Part shown: one piece after another, positions 12,571 through 24,879 of the stretch
Layout: each line of letters starts with the position of its first letter
Position numbering within the stretch: position 1 is the first letter of the stretch
NCBI RefSeq assembly: GCF_001194135.2
Contig: NC_068996.1
Coordinates: forward strand, 2,545,880 to 2,609,879
Source of the DNA: Octopus bimaculoides
Taxonomy: Eukaryota
Length of the DNA: 64,000 nucleotides
Direction of reading: 5' to 3'
Translations under genes and position numbers: made by a program
The notes under the pieces: generated by a model
Databases searched by the model: none
What the model was told of the DNA's origin: nothing
What the model saw: only the letters and a program-made list of their open reading frames with translations

Positions 12571-14051
12571 GTATCACATATTTATACAAATTTATGCATG
12601 TGTATAATTTGTATAAATATATTTATTTATTTCCCTAAGACATACACCTGGCTATGAGTACACAAACTTACTTATGCTGTGACTGTTTACCAGTGAATTA
12701 CAATTTGTGCACCAAAAGAGAAATGGTTATTTCCAGTTTTTAGTCAAGTTCTTCATGTTCCAGCATCTTCTAGTGCTAGCTGGCTCCACCAGCTAATGTT
12801 ATATCTGCTATGTGACACTCACTGACAAACAGAAGTTTCTAACAGAGTTTATTAGGTAAAAAAACAGAAAAAAAAAATTGTTGGCATACAAATGTTGTTA
12901 ATTAGAACAGATTATCTCTGAAATAACAGAGGTGCTTTCTCATATAATCCTAGGAAGTATTGTGTTTTAGGTGGTTGGGAGAGTAGGTCTAGGTGAATGG
13001 GAGGTAATGCAAAGTTAATGGTTTATTCACACTCACTCTACTAAACAAACTTCTCACATTATCTCACCCTTCCCTTAACTGCCCTGGACTTTGACTAACA
13101 TTATTATGGTGACTGAATGTGGGGTAGGGGATTTAAATTATAGTGTAGTGTTAATGGCTTAAGTGAAAGGATCCATTCTTTGTGAATACATTGTTAATGT
13201 ATGTATGTGTGTTTGTGTGTGTGTGTGTGTGTGTGCACGTGCTCTAGTTGAATGTGAGTGTTCAAGTGTGTGTTTGTCTAAGTTTGTGTAGATAGGTTTG
13301 TATTACTACATTCATACGCAGACAAACTCAATTTCAAAATCTACATACATATCTACATATATATTGCCCAACCCATGCCAGCAGTGAAAACAGGCATTAA
13401 AGGATGATAATAATGATATATATATAAACACACACACACACACATATATGTAAATATATGATGAGAGAGATACAAGAATGTTTATTGATCATTACAGTTG
13501 TTTTGACCCATGTAACAAAAATGCATGTGGAGAAAACCAAATCTTTAATTGTAGGATTCACCTAATAAATCTGATAATTGTTTCTGTTATATTAACATAT
13601 CACCCATGCCAGCATGGAAGGTGGACATTAAATGATGATGATGATGATATTTCTGAAAATTCATGCTAACACGATCAAGGCAATCTAAAATTAGTTAGGT
13701 TCAAAGTGAACTTAGGAAATATTTCCAGTACACGAATGCATACAAAAAGAACGTTAAGAAGATATGTAATCTAAGAAAAGCTATTTTGATAGTCATCTAT
13801 TGGTGACGACAGTAGATAATGAAAGAATAAAAAATTAACCTAAGAATTACGACAATTAGAAACAGAAATTTTGCGTCACGACATTTAGTTAACTATTTAT
13901 CAAATATAGTAAGGTTTTTTTACAAAAATTATGCAACATGAAAAGCAATTATAATTAAGAAACATTTAAATGTCTTTTGAAATTTGTGGCAATATTTCAT
14001 TGATGATGGTGCATAACTAATAATGGGTCACATTAAATCATACATTTTCTT

Positions 14052-14088
<37 letters not shown>

Positions 14089-14755
14089 ATTGTTTTAATG
14101 TTCATGTCTTCATGTGCTTGCATATTCCAGGTAGAGTTTAGTGTAAATATAAGCAAAAGTATGATAACCTTAATGTAGTTTATAGGATACCCCTTTACCT
14201 GTCTAAGGAAATAGAATGATCCCTTGAAAAACTCTTGTATATTTGCATTCAGTTGCACTATGAACACCCATTGCAGAGTGCCCAGAATGTGTGTAGGAAA
14301 TACATGTTACAGCTAAACCTTGTGTTTGTGATACTGGATACATATATGTATTCGTATTCATTAGGTTTCTGTTATATATATTGCCTTCTATTGCGCTTTT
14401 GTTCGTTTTTTTTTAATATTTATACATATATGTGTATATAAAACAAGGAGATCTAATGGATACAAATTAATTTACACACACACACACACACACATATACT
14501 AATACATAAATAGATAATATATACACATACAGATGCATCCGGTGGATAAACCTAGAAACATGAACATACACGATCGCTAAAGTATTACACATACTTTTGT
14601 ATCTAAATGTGATATACAAATTAATTAAACTCTCACCAAAATGAATGCATACTTGAGAACCAATATAATAGTTTTGGAAGAAAACACATAAACACATATG
14701 TATATATAAAGATGCATATACACAATGATACATAAACAAAGACACCCCATACTTA

Positions 14756-14811
<56 letters not shown>

Positions 14812-15814
14812 TCATCATCATCATCATCGTTTAACGTCCACTTTCCATGCTAGCATGGGTTGGACATATATGCATTTAAACACACAACATATATATAAGC
14901 ACACATACATATAAGCACACACATATACAAGAATGAACATGGATTTATTTCAGTTTATTTTACCTTTGTACATTCTATTTTATTTACTTCATTTTATTTC
15001 TACTTTATTTATTATATATTTATTCTATTTTTATTGTTTTATTTATTTTCATTTTATTTTTATTTTGTATTTTTATTTCATTTTTATCTTATCTTTACTT
15101 TATTTCTGCTTGTATATAAATTAAACTACATACCTAAAGAAGTAAATTGGAAAGGAATATATATATCAATGCACATACATATTGATGTACGTATTAACAT
15201 ACATATTTGTTGCATATGTGTGTATATATGTATATATATTTGTGTGCAAGTACATAGATGCATATACAAGCACACATGTACAAACATAAATATAAATTTT
15301 GCTTCACTTTTATTTCATTTTATTCCATGAACATACATTTTATTTCATTTTTACTTTCTTCTATTCATTATATTACTTCACCCGTATATAACCCATCATT
15401 CATGATTATTATTATTATTATTGAATTGAAATAACAGGAATAATTCTAACACATGCATCCACACACACACAATAAACATATCTGTATATTCTGAGTATTC
15501 CAAATGTGTCCTTATGTAATCCTTGTATTGTCCTTTGCACACCCTGATGATTTTCCATCCAAGCTATTTAAAATGCAGTCATTGTAATTTTGTTTGAGAA
15601 ATGAAACAATTGTTGATGAATATGCTGATTAATTAATAAATGAATTAATTTATATCCATTAGATCTCTCTGTTTTCTAACTCTATAATAATGTTTGATAT
15701 TTTACAATATTCTATGTAATATATTCACTGAAGAAATATCGCTTCAAAATTTGATATATTAAACCAGTGTATCTTGGATAAATATCTAAGAGGTTTGAAT
15801 ATCTTCATTGTGGC

Positions 15815-15854
<40 letters not shown>

Positions 15855-15949
15855 CATATACATGTGTGTATGTATTATTGTTAACACGTGAACTCTAAGA
15901 TGATAAAGCTCTAAATAATAGTGTGTAATGATTATGAAAAAAATTAAAA

Positions 15950-17130
15950 ACAAATTATCTCATATCTCTTGAAGTTCCTAAATTTCTATGACATACTCCT
16001 GGAATATAGCCAGTAATAGTTTTGTCATTGCATTTAATGCAGAACTTTCAAAAGCAATTACTGTAGACAATGGACTGAAATAGGGAGACATTCTTTATGT
16101 TTCTGTATATTTCACTACTCTGTTATTATCTTATACCTTTCAATATTGTCATAAAGGTGCTGAAGTAGGATTTTCAACTTCAGGAAAGATTTTCAATTTA
16201 CAAGGTTTTGATAGTAAATGAAAAACTTGTCTGCCAAACAGGGAACATATGTATGCAGACAATGCTGACTTTGTAGTACTTACAAAACGAGATGCAGATT
16301 ACAATGGACAAATTTCCAAATGCACTCTAAACTATAGTCTAAATTGTGCATGGGCAACCTGCAGCCCTTGATGAGTTTCTAGGTTGCTAATTTTTATGAG
16401 CGAAAACTTTTTCTCAAATTTTCCAATTATTAGCCTTATTATTATCATTAGGAAATAATGGAAGAGATGACAGCTTAATGTAAACTTTCATACTAAGACA
16501 AATAAAATTAAGAAGAACTGCAAAAAATTCAGTGTAAAATAGGCAAGTAATATTTCATGCATATGTGTTTTATCCCACTTAGAAATGGTACGACGTGGGC
16601 CCCCATTTGACGAAAAGTTGTCTGTCGCTGGTCTAAGCTATTATAAAAATGACCAAAGTGATGTTCACCTGGTGAACATTTTGTGGAGTCTAATATCTAT
16701 GTAAAAAACACAAAATTAAGAGTAATGGATACTTTTCCATACTTGGAAAGTGCTCTTACTTGGGAAGTGCTCCATTGGTAGCCTAAATTTTGAAATTATA
16801 CTGAGAATTGAAAAAGCAATAACAGTATTTGGCAAACTTGGTAAAATGACTAGGGTCAGATTGAGGTATTACAGCTCACACAAAAATCTGTGTTTACTAG
16901 ACATGCATGCTGACAACAATTTTGTATACTTTTGAAACATGAACTACTCATAGTAGATATGTGAAAATGCTGGAATGTTTCTGCTAAAAATGCCTCAGAA
17001 GAATACTGAAAATAAAATAGGAAGATTTGTTGTAAGATATGGAAATACTACAGAGGGTCAGCTGTGTGTCTTTTGAGTTTCACTTAGGACAAAATCAAAT
17101 GCGATGAGAACTGAGCTGTTTATTGTTCAA
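15950..17130 (+). mobile_element. Decayed RTE (BovB-like) RT fragment, interrupted by a hAT MITE
   Basis: Remnants of the NG(V/L)KQG, YAD(D/N) (TATGCAGACAAT), KMTKVM and RIEKAITVFGKL motifs; many stops. Confidence 0.65.
16345..16630. mobile_element. Old hAT (Buster-type) MITE
   Basis: Termini TGTGCATGGGCAACC and AAAAGTTGTCTGTCGCTG; flanks GTCTAAAT and GTCTAAGC (6/8 TSD, central TA). Confidence 0.75.
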
Positions 17131-17796
17131 AAGATTAGGGGAAATATTACTTTGCTTGGAAAAATCCATACGTAGAATAATCTATTTAAGTAAGTTTCAT
17201 CTAACCCATGCAATCATGAACAATGTGGACATTAAAGTGATTTTAAATATCTATTTGTGTCTTTATCTGTGTGTGTGTATTTATGTTTGTTATTACCTGT
17301 TGTTTAATTATGAGAGTGTGTTTATACATGTCCTTGTATGCATATGTCCAAAGAAAGTTACATATGCATAGTGTTTAGGTATGCAAATGTAGCTTGTGAT
17401 AGCTCGGATGGCAGGGCATAAGATTGTCGTCTGAAGTTTGAAGTATGCAAATGAATAATGGTAACATACACAAGCTCATGTTATGTGAAAAAAATCCACA
17501 GACCCTCTCATAAAGATACAAATACATTGGTTACATTAATTCTAATGAGACCCTTGTGTTTGTATGTAAGGTATATCAGTAGCAATATTGGAATGTGAAT
17601 TATGGTAAGTGTGTAACTATACATACCAACTTACCATTATGTTAAGTTGGCACAATGGTGAAATACTTCCTTGTCTACTATGTAGATAATTGTTAGATAC
17701 TGGCTAATAGTGATAATTATTGGATTCTAGCTGATAGTGACAAGCTAATTTTGTATCACTTCAGTCTTATAGAAACATGACTCTCTCTCTCTCTCG

Positions 17797-17841
<45 letters not shown>

Positions 17842-19163
17842 CCCCTCTCTCTCTCAAATACAATTTGTTGTTTGTTAATGTGCATTTTTTTTTATTTTTT
17901 GCTATTTTCCACTTATTAAGTTACTTTACCTATTTACTTTGCATTTAAAAAATTGAACTTTAAAGACTTTTTTATGGTTCCATTGTTATTTTATAGCCCC
18001 ACTAAACCATTAACAAAAGGGCTTATGTTCAAAGCAATTCCAGTCATGATCCTTCCATCTTTTTCTCAAATATAGTATATCACAATTTACGTTATGTAAT
18101 GTGTCTTTCTTGTTATTAAAAAAAAAAAGAAATGACAAGTTGTAATTTGAATGAGATTAAGCTCTGGTTTTCAGCAGGTTAAATGATCACATGCCATCTC
18201 CGTTTGTGACTCATCATGTTTCTGTTTGTGGAACATCTGTAGGATTTTCTTGATGAGAGATTACAGCAGAGTCTTTTTTTCCCAATGGATTTATCCTTTG
18301 CTTGAATAAAATGTCTTCATCCTCGTAATCCTTCATCACAGTTTTATGTACATCTTATTATGTTGCTAAAGCTGGTAAGGAGTTCTCTTACATAGCATAG
18401 CAATATACTTTTGTTGTTCTGTATCTAATTTGTGAAACCCAGTATATCCTGAATTTTGGTCAAATCTCTCAGTTCCTTACAAAACAAGATGCAGACAATT
18501 CCTGCTTTTTAAAGGTTCAGCACCTTTAAATTGCAACACATTGAACCTTAAAGACACAAATTTGATCTTCAAACTACCTACAGATTTCTATTTCCTGGAT
18601 TCCTGTAATGTAACACAGGTCAGAGCATGTTAAGCAAACAGTGTCACTTTGATAATAGTTTAATGTACCATTCCAAAGGTCACTGGAAATGGTTTACTAT
18701 CAAAATAGCAGCTTCTATGTTGTTATTTAGTCGGAAATCAATCGTGACTAGCAAATCTATGATTAAAAATGTCTTTGACTATATATTAGGCAGTGTGTCA
18801 GAATTAGTTGTTATTGTTGACCCCCCCCCCCTCAATACTTGACAGCTACACTGTTTCATTGATCTGGAGGGATTAAAGACAATGTTGACATTGACAGGAT
18901 TTGAATACTGACTGTAAAGAATCAGAAAAAATGGTGCAAGGCATTTGTCCTGAACTCCAGTGTTTCTGGCAGTCCGCTCTTCTGCGTCTGTTTCTTCCTC
19001 CTTTGACACCCTAATGGCTCTGCCAGCTTGCTGTTTGTTTATGTTTTAATAATGGTTTTAAATTTTGGCAGCTCACCACCTTAATGACAGTGATGATAAT
19101 AATAATAACAATAACAATAATAAAAATGTTGATGATGATAATGGTTTCAAATTTTCATACATA

Positions 19164-19538
19164 GCGCAGGAGTGGCTGTGTGGTAAGTAGCTTGCTTACC
19201 GACCACATGGTTCTGGGTTCAGTCCCACTGCGTGGCACCTTGGGCAAGTGTCTTCTACTATAGCCTTGGGCCGACCAAAGCCTTGTGAGTGGATTTGGTA
19301 GACGGAAACTGAAAGAAGCCCGTCTTATATATGTATATATATGTGTGTGTTTGTGTGTCTGTGTTTGACAACTGATGCTGGTGTGTTTATGTCCCCGTAA
19401 CTTAGCGGTTTGGCAAAAGAATCGATAGAATAAGTACTAGGCTTCCAAAGAATAAGTCCTGGGGTCAATTTGCTCAACTAAAGGTGGTGCTCCAGCATGG
19501 CCGCAGTCAAATGACTGAAACAAGTAAAAGAGTAAGAG
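19164..19538 (+). mobile_element. SINE family A, full length, inserted into an older family-B-like copy
   Basis: A-box TGGCTGTGTGG, B-box GGTTCAGTCCC, CpGs retained; flanks GGTTTCAAATTTT and GCCAGCAAT are the two halves of a family-B tail. Confidence 0.9.
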
Positions 19539-19734
19539 AGCCAGCAATATTAAGGGATGGGGTGATTCGATTGCTTTGGCCCCAGTATTGATCCTGTAAA
19601 GATGAAGGAGAAAATTGCAGTGTTCAACTGGTACTTTATTATATTGATCACAAAAAGATGGCAGGTAAAATCAACCTCAGCAGGATTTGAACTCAGAATG
19701 TAGAGTCATCGAAAATGCTAGCATGCTAGCAATT

Positions 19735-21233
19735 AAGAACAGCATGCCTAGTTGGAAAATATGTCTTTCCTGTAACAAGCAGCACTTAGCTGATATATCA
19801 GTCAAAAGCGGTATCTTCCAAAGAGACCCTTGTTCACCTCTGTTATTTGTTATAGCCTTGATCCCACTTTCTGTAGTGCTACCTAAAATCAACGTGCACT
19901 ATGAGCTGAGAAAGAATGGACCTCATTTCAACCACCTTCTCTTCATGGATGATTTTAAACTGTTGGCAAAAACAGAGCCTGAAATGGAGAGGCTGGCTGA
20001 GACTCAGCTCAAGAAACCTTGTGACTGCCATCAACATATGGATGGTTGTTGTACTCTGCTACAGTGCACCCATCCTGAAATGGGCACAAGTGGAGATTAA
20101 CCAACTCGATTGCACTACCCGAAAGACAATGACAGTGTATGGTGCGTTCCACTCTAAGGCAAATATACACAGGCTTTACATGAAGAGAGGTAAAGGTGAA
20201 CATGGGCTGATTAGCATATGGGAATGCATCAACAGTGAAAGAAGAAACATGGCAGAATATTTGGTAAAGAGCAAACATGACCTGCTAAGGCAGATGGAGT
20301 TAACAAAGATGGTCTTGAGAGTGCTCATGAATGCTGATCAAGTACAGCTAATGAGAGAGAAGAAACCCCACTCTGTATGGAATTACACGGCCAGTTCCAC
20401 CTTGAAACCAACAAAGTAAAAGACCAGGAAACATCATGGAAGTGGCTCAGAAAGGGTGACCTAAAAAAGAATACTGAAAGCCTAATCATCACTGCCCAGG
20501 ATCAGGCATTGAATACCAACTCAGTGAAAAAAATGTATACCACACAAGTGCAACGGACCTGTGCAGAATATGTGGGAAGATGGCCGAAAGCGTGACTCAC
20601 ATTGTTAGTGTTTGTGAAAGTCTTCTGCAGAAAGAATACAAGCGTAGACACGACAAAGTAGCCCAAAACCTCCACTGGTTATTATGCTGTAAGTATGGAT
20701 ATGAGGTTATGGGTGCTTGGTACCAACATACACCAGAAAAGGTAATGGACAAAAAGGAGAAGGCTTAATTCCTCTGGGACTTTGACTTCCAGACAGACAA
20801 GGTGTTAGAGCACTGGAGGCCAGATATAGTAACCTTTAGGAGGGACAAAGAAGTGTGCCTAATAATTGACATGGCAGAGCCAGGAGATCAATATATCATC
20901 ATGAAAGAAAGAGAAAAAGTTGATGAATATGGAGAGCTGAGAATTGAGATCGCTAAGATGTGGCAGCTATGAAAATCAAACATGAAGGTTATCCCTGTTG
21001 TCATTGGGACATTGAGTTCAGTACTACCCAATCTGAAAAAAAAAATATTTGAAAAATAGCCTATAATCTCGATTTATTGGAAAAGTCAGCATTACATGGA
21101 ATTGCATGCATATTGCATAGAGTACTGTCTGTCTGAGGTCCTTGTTATGACTTGGCAAGCAGTACAAACCCCCGGTAGACACAATATTTTCAATCTACAA
21201 CCTCACGATATTGTATACTGTGCGATGTCTATA

Positions 21234-21273
<40 letters not shown>
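19735..21273 (+). mobile_element. 5'-truncated R4/Dong-like non-LTR retrotransposon (RT, CCHC knuckle, restriction-like endonuclease) with (AAT)12 tail
   Basis: GIFQRDPCSPLLF and HLLFMDDFKL (RT); AESVTHIVSVC...YKRRHDKVA (zinc knuckle and RHD); RPDIV...CLIIDMAEPGD and VIPVVIG (PD-D/ExK RLE) read at 20770-21010; stops, frameshifts and an internal deletion after MERL. Confidence 0.85.
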
Positions 21274-21274
<1 letters not shown>

Positions 21275-21275
<1 letters not shown>

Positions 21276-22080
21276 CCTTTTCTACTAAAGGTACAAGGCC
21301 TGGAATTTTGTGGAAGGGGTTTAGTGGATTACATTAATCCCAGAGTTCAACTGGTACTTTATTATATTGACCATGAAAAGATGGTAGGCAAAATTAACCT
21401 CTGCAGAATTTGAACTCAGAACGTAGAGACAAACAAAATGCTGGCATGCTAGCAATTCTGCCAGATCAATAGCAATAATCCTCTCTACTGTAAGTATGAA
21501 GGCTGAAATTTTGGAGGATGGATCTAGTTGATTAGACACCAGCGCCCAACTGCTACTTATTTTATTGACTCCAAAAGGATTAGAAGCAGACTTTGGTGCA
21601 TTCGATCTCAGAATGTAAAGAGCCTGAGGAAATACTCCTAAGCATTTTGTCCTACATGCTAATAATACTGCTATCTCCTAGTTCAGGGGTTCTCAAACTG
21701 GGGTCTGCGGACCGCAGGGGGTCCGTAGACAGCAAATACTTTTTATGGGCAATTTGATTTTATATATGTTTTTTAATCGAAATCTTTTAATTGACAATAA
21801 ACCTATTTGTTAAATACTGTTAAATAAATAAATGTAAAAATATATGTTATTTTAAGCAAATATATATGTATAAATTTCATAAGCATTTATAAGGTAAAGT
21901 CTGAAATATAAAGGGGTCCGCAAGACAAAAAGTTTGAAAACCCCTGTCCTAGTTCACTGCTTTAATGATAATAATCCACTCTACAATGGGCATAAGGCCT
22001 GAAATTTTTGGGGAAGCGGCTTGTTGATTATATCAACCCAAGTTTTTCATTAATGGTTCTGCCTGTTCACTGCCTTGATA
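21275..22080 (-). mobile_element. Three head-to-tail SINE family B copies (third internally deleted)
   Basis: Repeated blocks AATAAT...CTAC...AAGGC(C)TG(G/A)AATTTT...CTGCC at about 21275-21470, 21475-21680 and 21955-22080. Confidence 0.75.
21684..21946. mobile_element. hAT (Buster-type) MITE, 263 bp
   Basis: TIR CAGGGGTTCTCAAACT vs CAGGGGTTTTCAAACT; identical 8-bp TSD TCCTAGTT (21676-21683, 21947-21954). Confidence 0.95.
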
Positions 22081-23356
22081 ACAACAACAACCATAACAAT
22101 AATGACAACAGTAATAAAAATACTACAATTTTTTTACAGTACTTCATTCTAAAATGTACATACATATAAATCTATCACTGAATCTGTTCCAACACTAAAG
22201 TGACTATAACTTAATATATAGCAGTATCGTGTGAAATGAGGATTATATTTAGAATGCCTTCCTTCTACTTACCTCAAACTGCCAACACTGTACCATTACT
22301 ATATCCAGAACTGTACCACTACACTGTTATACCATATATATCTGCTATACTATATAGTATCTGTGTACTATATAATATATGTATACCCCATACGTGTCTG
22401 CTATACCTTATAGTGTCTGCTATTGTATATACATTTGAATATACCAAATCTATCATATAATCCTGATTTAGCTTTTGGTTCCATATATGTAAGGCACTTT
22501 GGTTTGTTTTATAAATAGTTTGCCAATATTTCATTGCACCTTTTTGCTGCACTGTCAACACATTTTTAACAGTTTTGCAGTAGACCTGTCATGGCAAAGA
22601 TCTATGCCATATTGTCAATTAACCCAGTAATTAATTATCAAGAAATATAAATCATACTACTGTCACACATTTAACATATATTTTCACATTTTTATAATAT
22701 ATATATATATTCTTATTTATTTATTTTGTTTTGAAACTACAAACATTTTAATTAAATTTTTTGAGGATTGATCTTGGGTTGTGCAAAGAATGTGTATTCA
22801 TTTATGTCCGAGACTAATGAAATGTTTGCATCTGATTAAGATAATTATAATTTGTGAACAAAGATATGCAATAACAGTATGATAGAAAAGCAAGAATCAG
22901 CAACTAAAGATTTTTATGCTGTTTGATGTTTAGCCTCAGTATTAACAGATAAACGTTGATGCTAATCCAAATGTAACCATTTTGCCCCTAACCCCTACCA
23001 ATTTTCTTCAAGCTCTGTGCATCAAGGATTACTTATTTTAATATCGTTATGCTCTTTTAAGAGGACAATACAAAAATGAATTGGTTGTTATTTCTCACAT
23101 TATCAGCTAGCTTGTTTACAGATGTACAAGTCTGATGGTTGCATTCCTTTGTGTTCTTGTCTGATCAGTCTTGATACAGATTGTCTTATGATCAGATGTA
23201 GTCCAGACTTGACCATCTAGTCTTCTTTAAATAACATCTATGACCACATTATCTAATATGTGCATCTCGTTGCTTAAGATGGTGTGATGTGATTTGATAG
23301 GTATCTGTCTGCTATTTTTAACAGGTCGAGCAATAACTTAAAGGCTCACTTTTTAA

Positions 23357-23574
23357 CCCTTTAGCATTTAATCCATATCCAGCCCAAATATTCTACCTGT
23401 TTTTTTGTTAAAACTGACCAGATACAACCTCTCACACCTGTCCTACAATGTCATTCTAAAAATATACAAATACATTGTTGAAATTTTGAAGCTACAAGAT
23501 AATGAATGATTAATTGAAAACAATGTGAATAAATTAAGCATTACATTTGACAAAGAAATCTGAATGCTAAAGGC
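23357..23574. mobile_element. piggyBac-type MITE
   Basis: TTAA|CCCTTTAGCATT...AATGCTAAAGGC|TTAA; sister copies at 57293-57499 and about 53835-54032. Confidence 0.8.
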
Positions 23575-23636
23575 TTAATTTGTAATTTAGTGGTTAACAC
23601 AGTCAAGTGTGATGGCGAAGAGCTATTTTCATCTCA

Positions 23637-23684
<48 letters not shown>

Positions 23685-23870
23685 TGTACACAATTCTCCT
23701 TTTATAATTTTTTTTACTATTCACGTTGCTTTGTTATGTATCTGTTTTTGTGTGGCATACAAGTGAGGTTGATATCAAAAGGTCTACCCTTCTGATATCA
23801 ATCTATCTGGGACTACTTCTGATTCTACATAAGAAATAATTTGTATTCAAATTAAAACTTATCAGCTTAA

Positions 23871-24089
23871 CCCATTAAGTCCCACTGTCCTATAAATAGG
23901 ACAATAAATGAAAACATTAAATAAGCTATATTGTCTCAGTGTCCTATTTACAGGACACCGAGTATTTCCGTTTCTACTTGAAGTAAAGGAGTTTTATTAA
24001 TTAATTTTTTTCATTTTAATCTATTTTCAATCATCCGTAACAATTTAAAAGTAATATTCAGAAATTTAAGTACTCTGGGACTTAATGGG
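23871..24089. mobile_element. piggyBac-type MITE, 219 bp, perfect 14-bp TIR
   Basis: TTAA|CCCATTAAGTCCCA...TGGGACTTAATGGG|TTAA. Confidence 0.9.
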
Positions 24090-24879
24090 TTAATACTATG
24101 CTAGGTTTCTTTGAATAAGAGGCCTATACCAATGAGTTTAAATAGATATAAATGAAAAAGCTATATTAGAAAATCTGTCACTATTCTCTTCCATCCTGCT
24201 CAAAATCAATTGAAACACAAACTATTTTTTATATTTTTATTTAGAAATACAGTTACAAAAGGGTTAAGATAACAGATGTATTTGTCTTAGCTGAAAGCTG
24301 GATTTACTTCATTCCACACTCCAGAAGGAAAAAAAATCCAGGTCATTAGTATAATTAATCCTGGTAATTCTCCTATATTTGTTCATTTTGGTCATCATCT
24401 GGCTTTTAGTATTTCAATTTTAGTACATACTTTTCTATAATACCAAGTAATCAATAATGATTTCTCTTAAGTTATCTAATTTATAATGCCTTTTTTTAAT
24501 GTTTGTGTTGTTTGTTCCCTTTTGCTGTCTATAGAACATCATTTCCTCTCCCAATGAATAGTGAATATGTGTATGGGGATTAGTTTAGAATTTAGGATAG
24601 ATTAAAGCTCCAAATCAGTTAAGTTCTGTGGTATTCAACTATATGGAAACATTTACAAATTAGGCCAAATAAATTATATTTGACTTTTCAAAAGTTAAAA
24701 AGAAAGAAAAAAAAAATGGAATAGTCCATTCCTTTGTTTGAAATATTTCAATAACTATTTTGGATAAAATATAATTATTAGAAAAGAGAACTAATGATGA
24801 ATTAACGATTAAGATAAATTCACGTGCATACTCATGAATATACATATGCAGATGCATGAAACAGTAAAGATAGGACAAT

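Noticed and set aside
12054-12638. ORFs rich in CV, HT or IY dipeptides (also 38204, 39141, 47279, 62489)
   Set aside because: Translations of (CA)n, (TA)n and (GA)n microsatellites.
19164-19240. tRNA gene-like A/B boxes (also 42194, 27503)
   Set aside because: These are SINE heads that continue into repeat bodies; no closed cloverleaf or acceptor stem.
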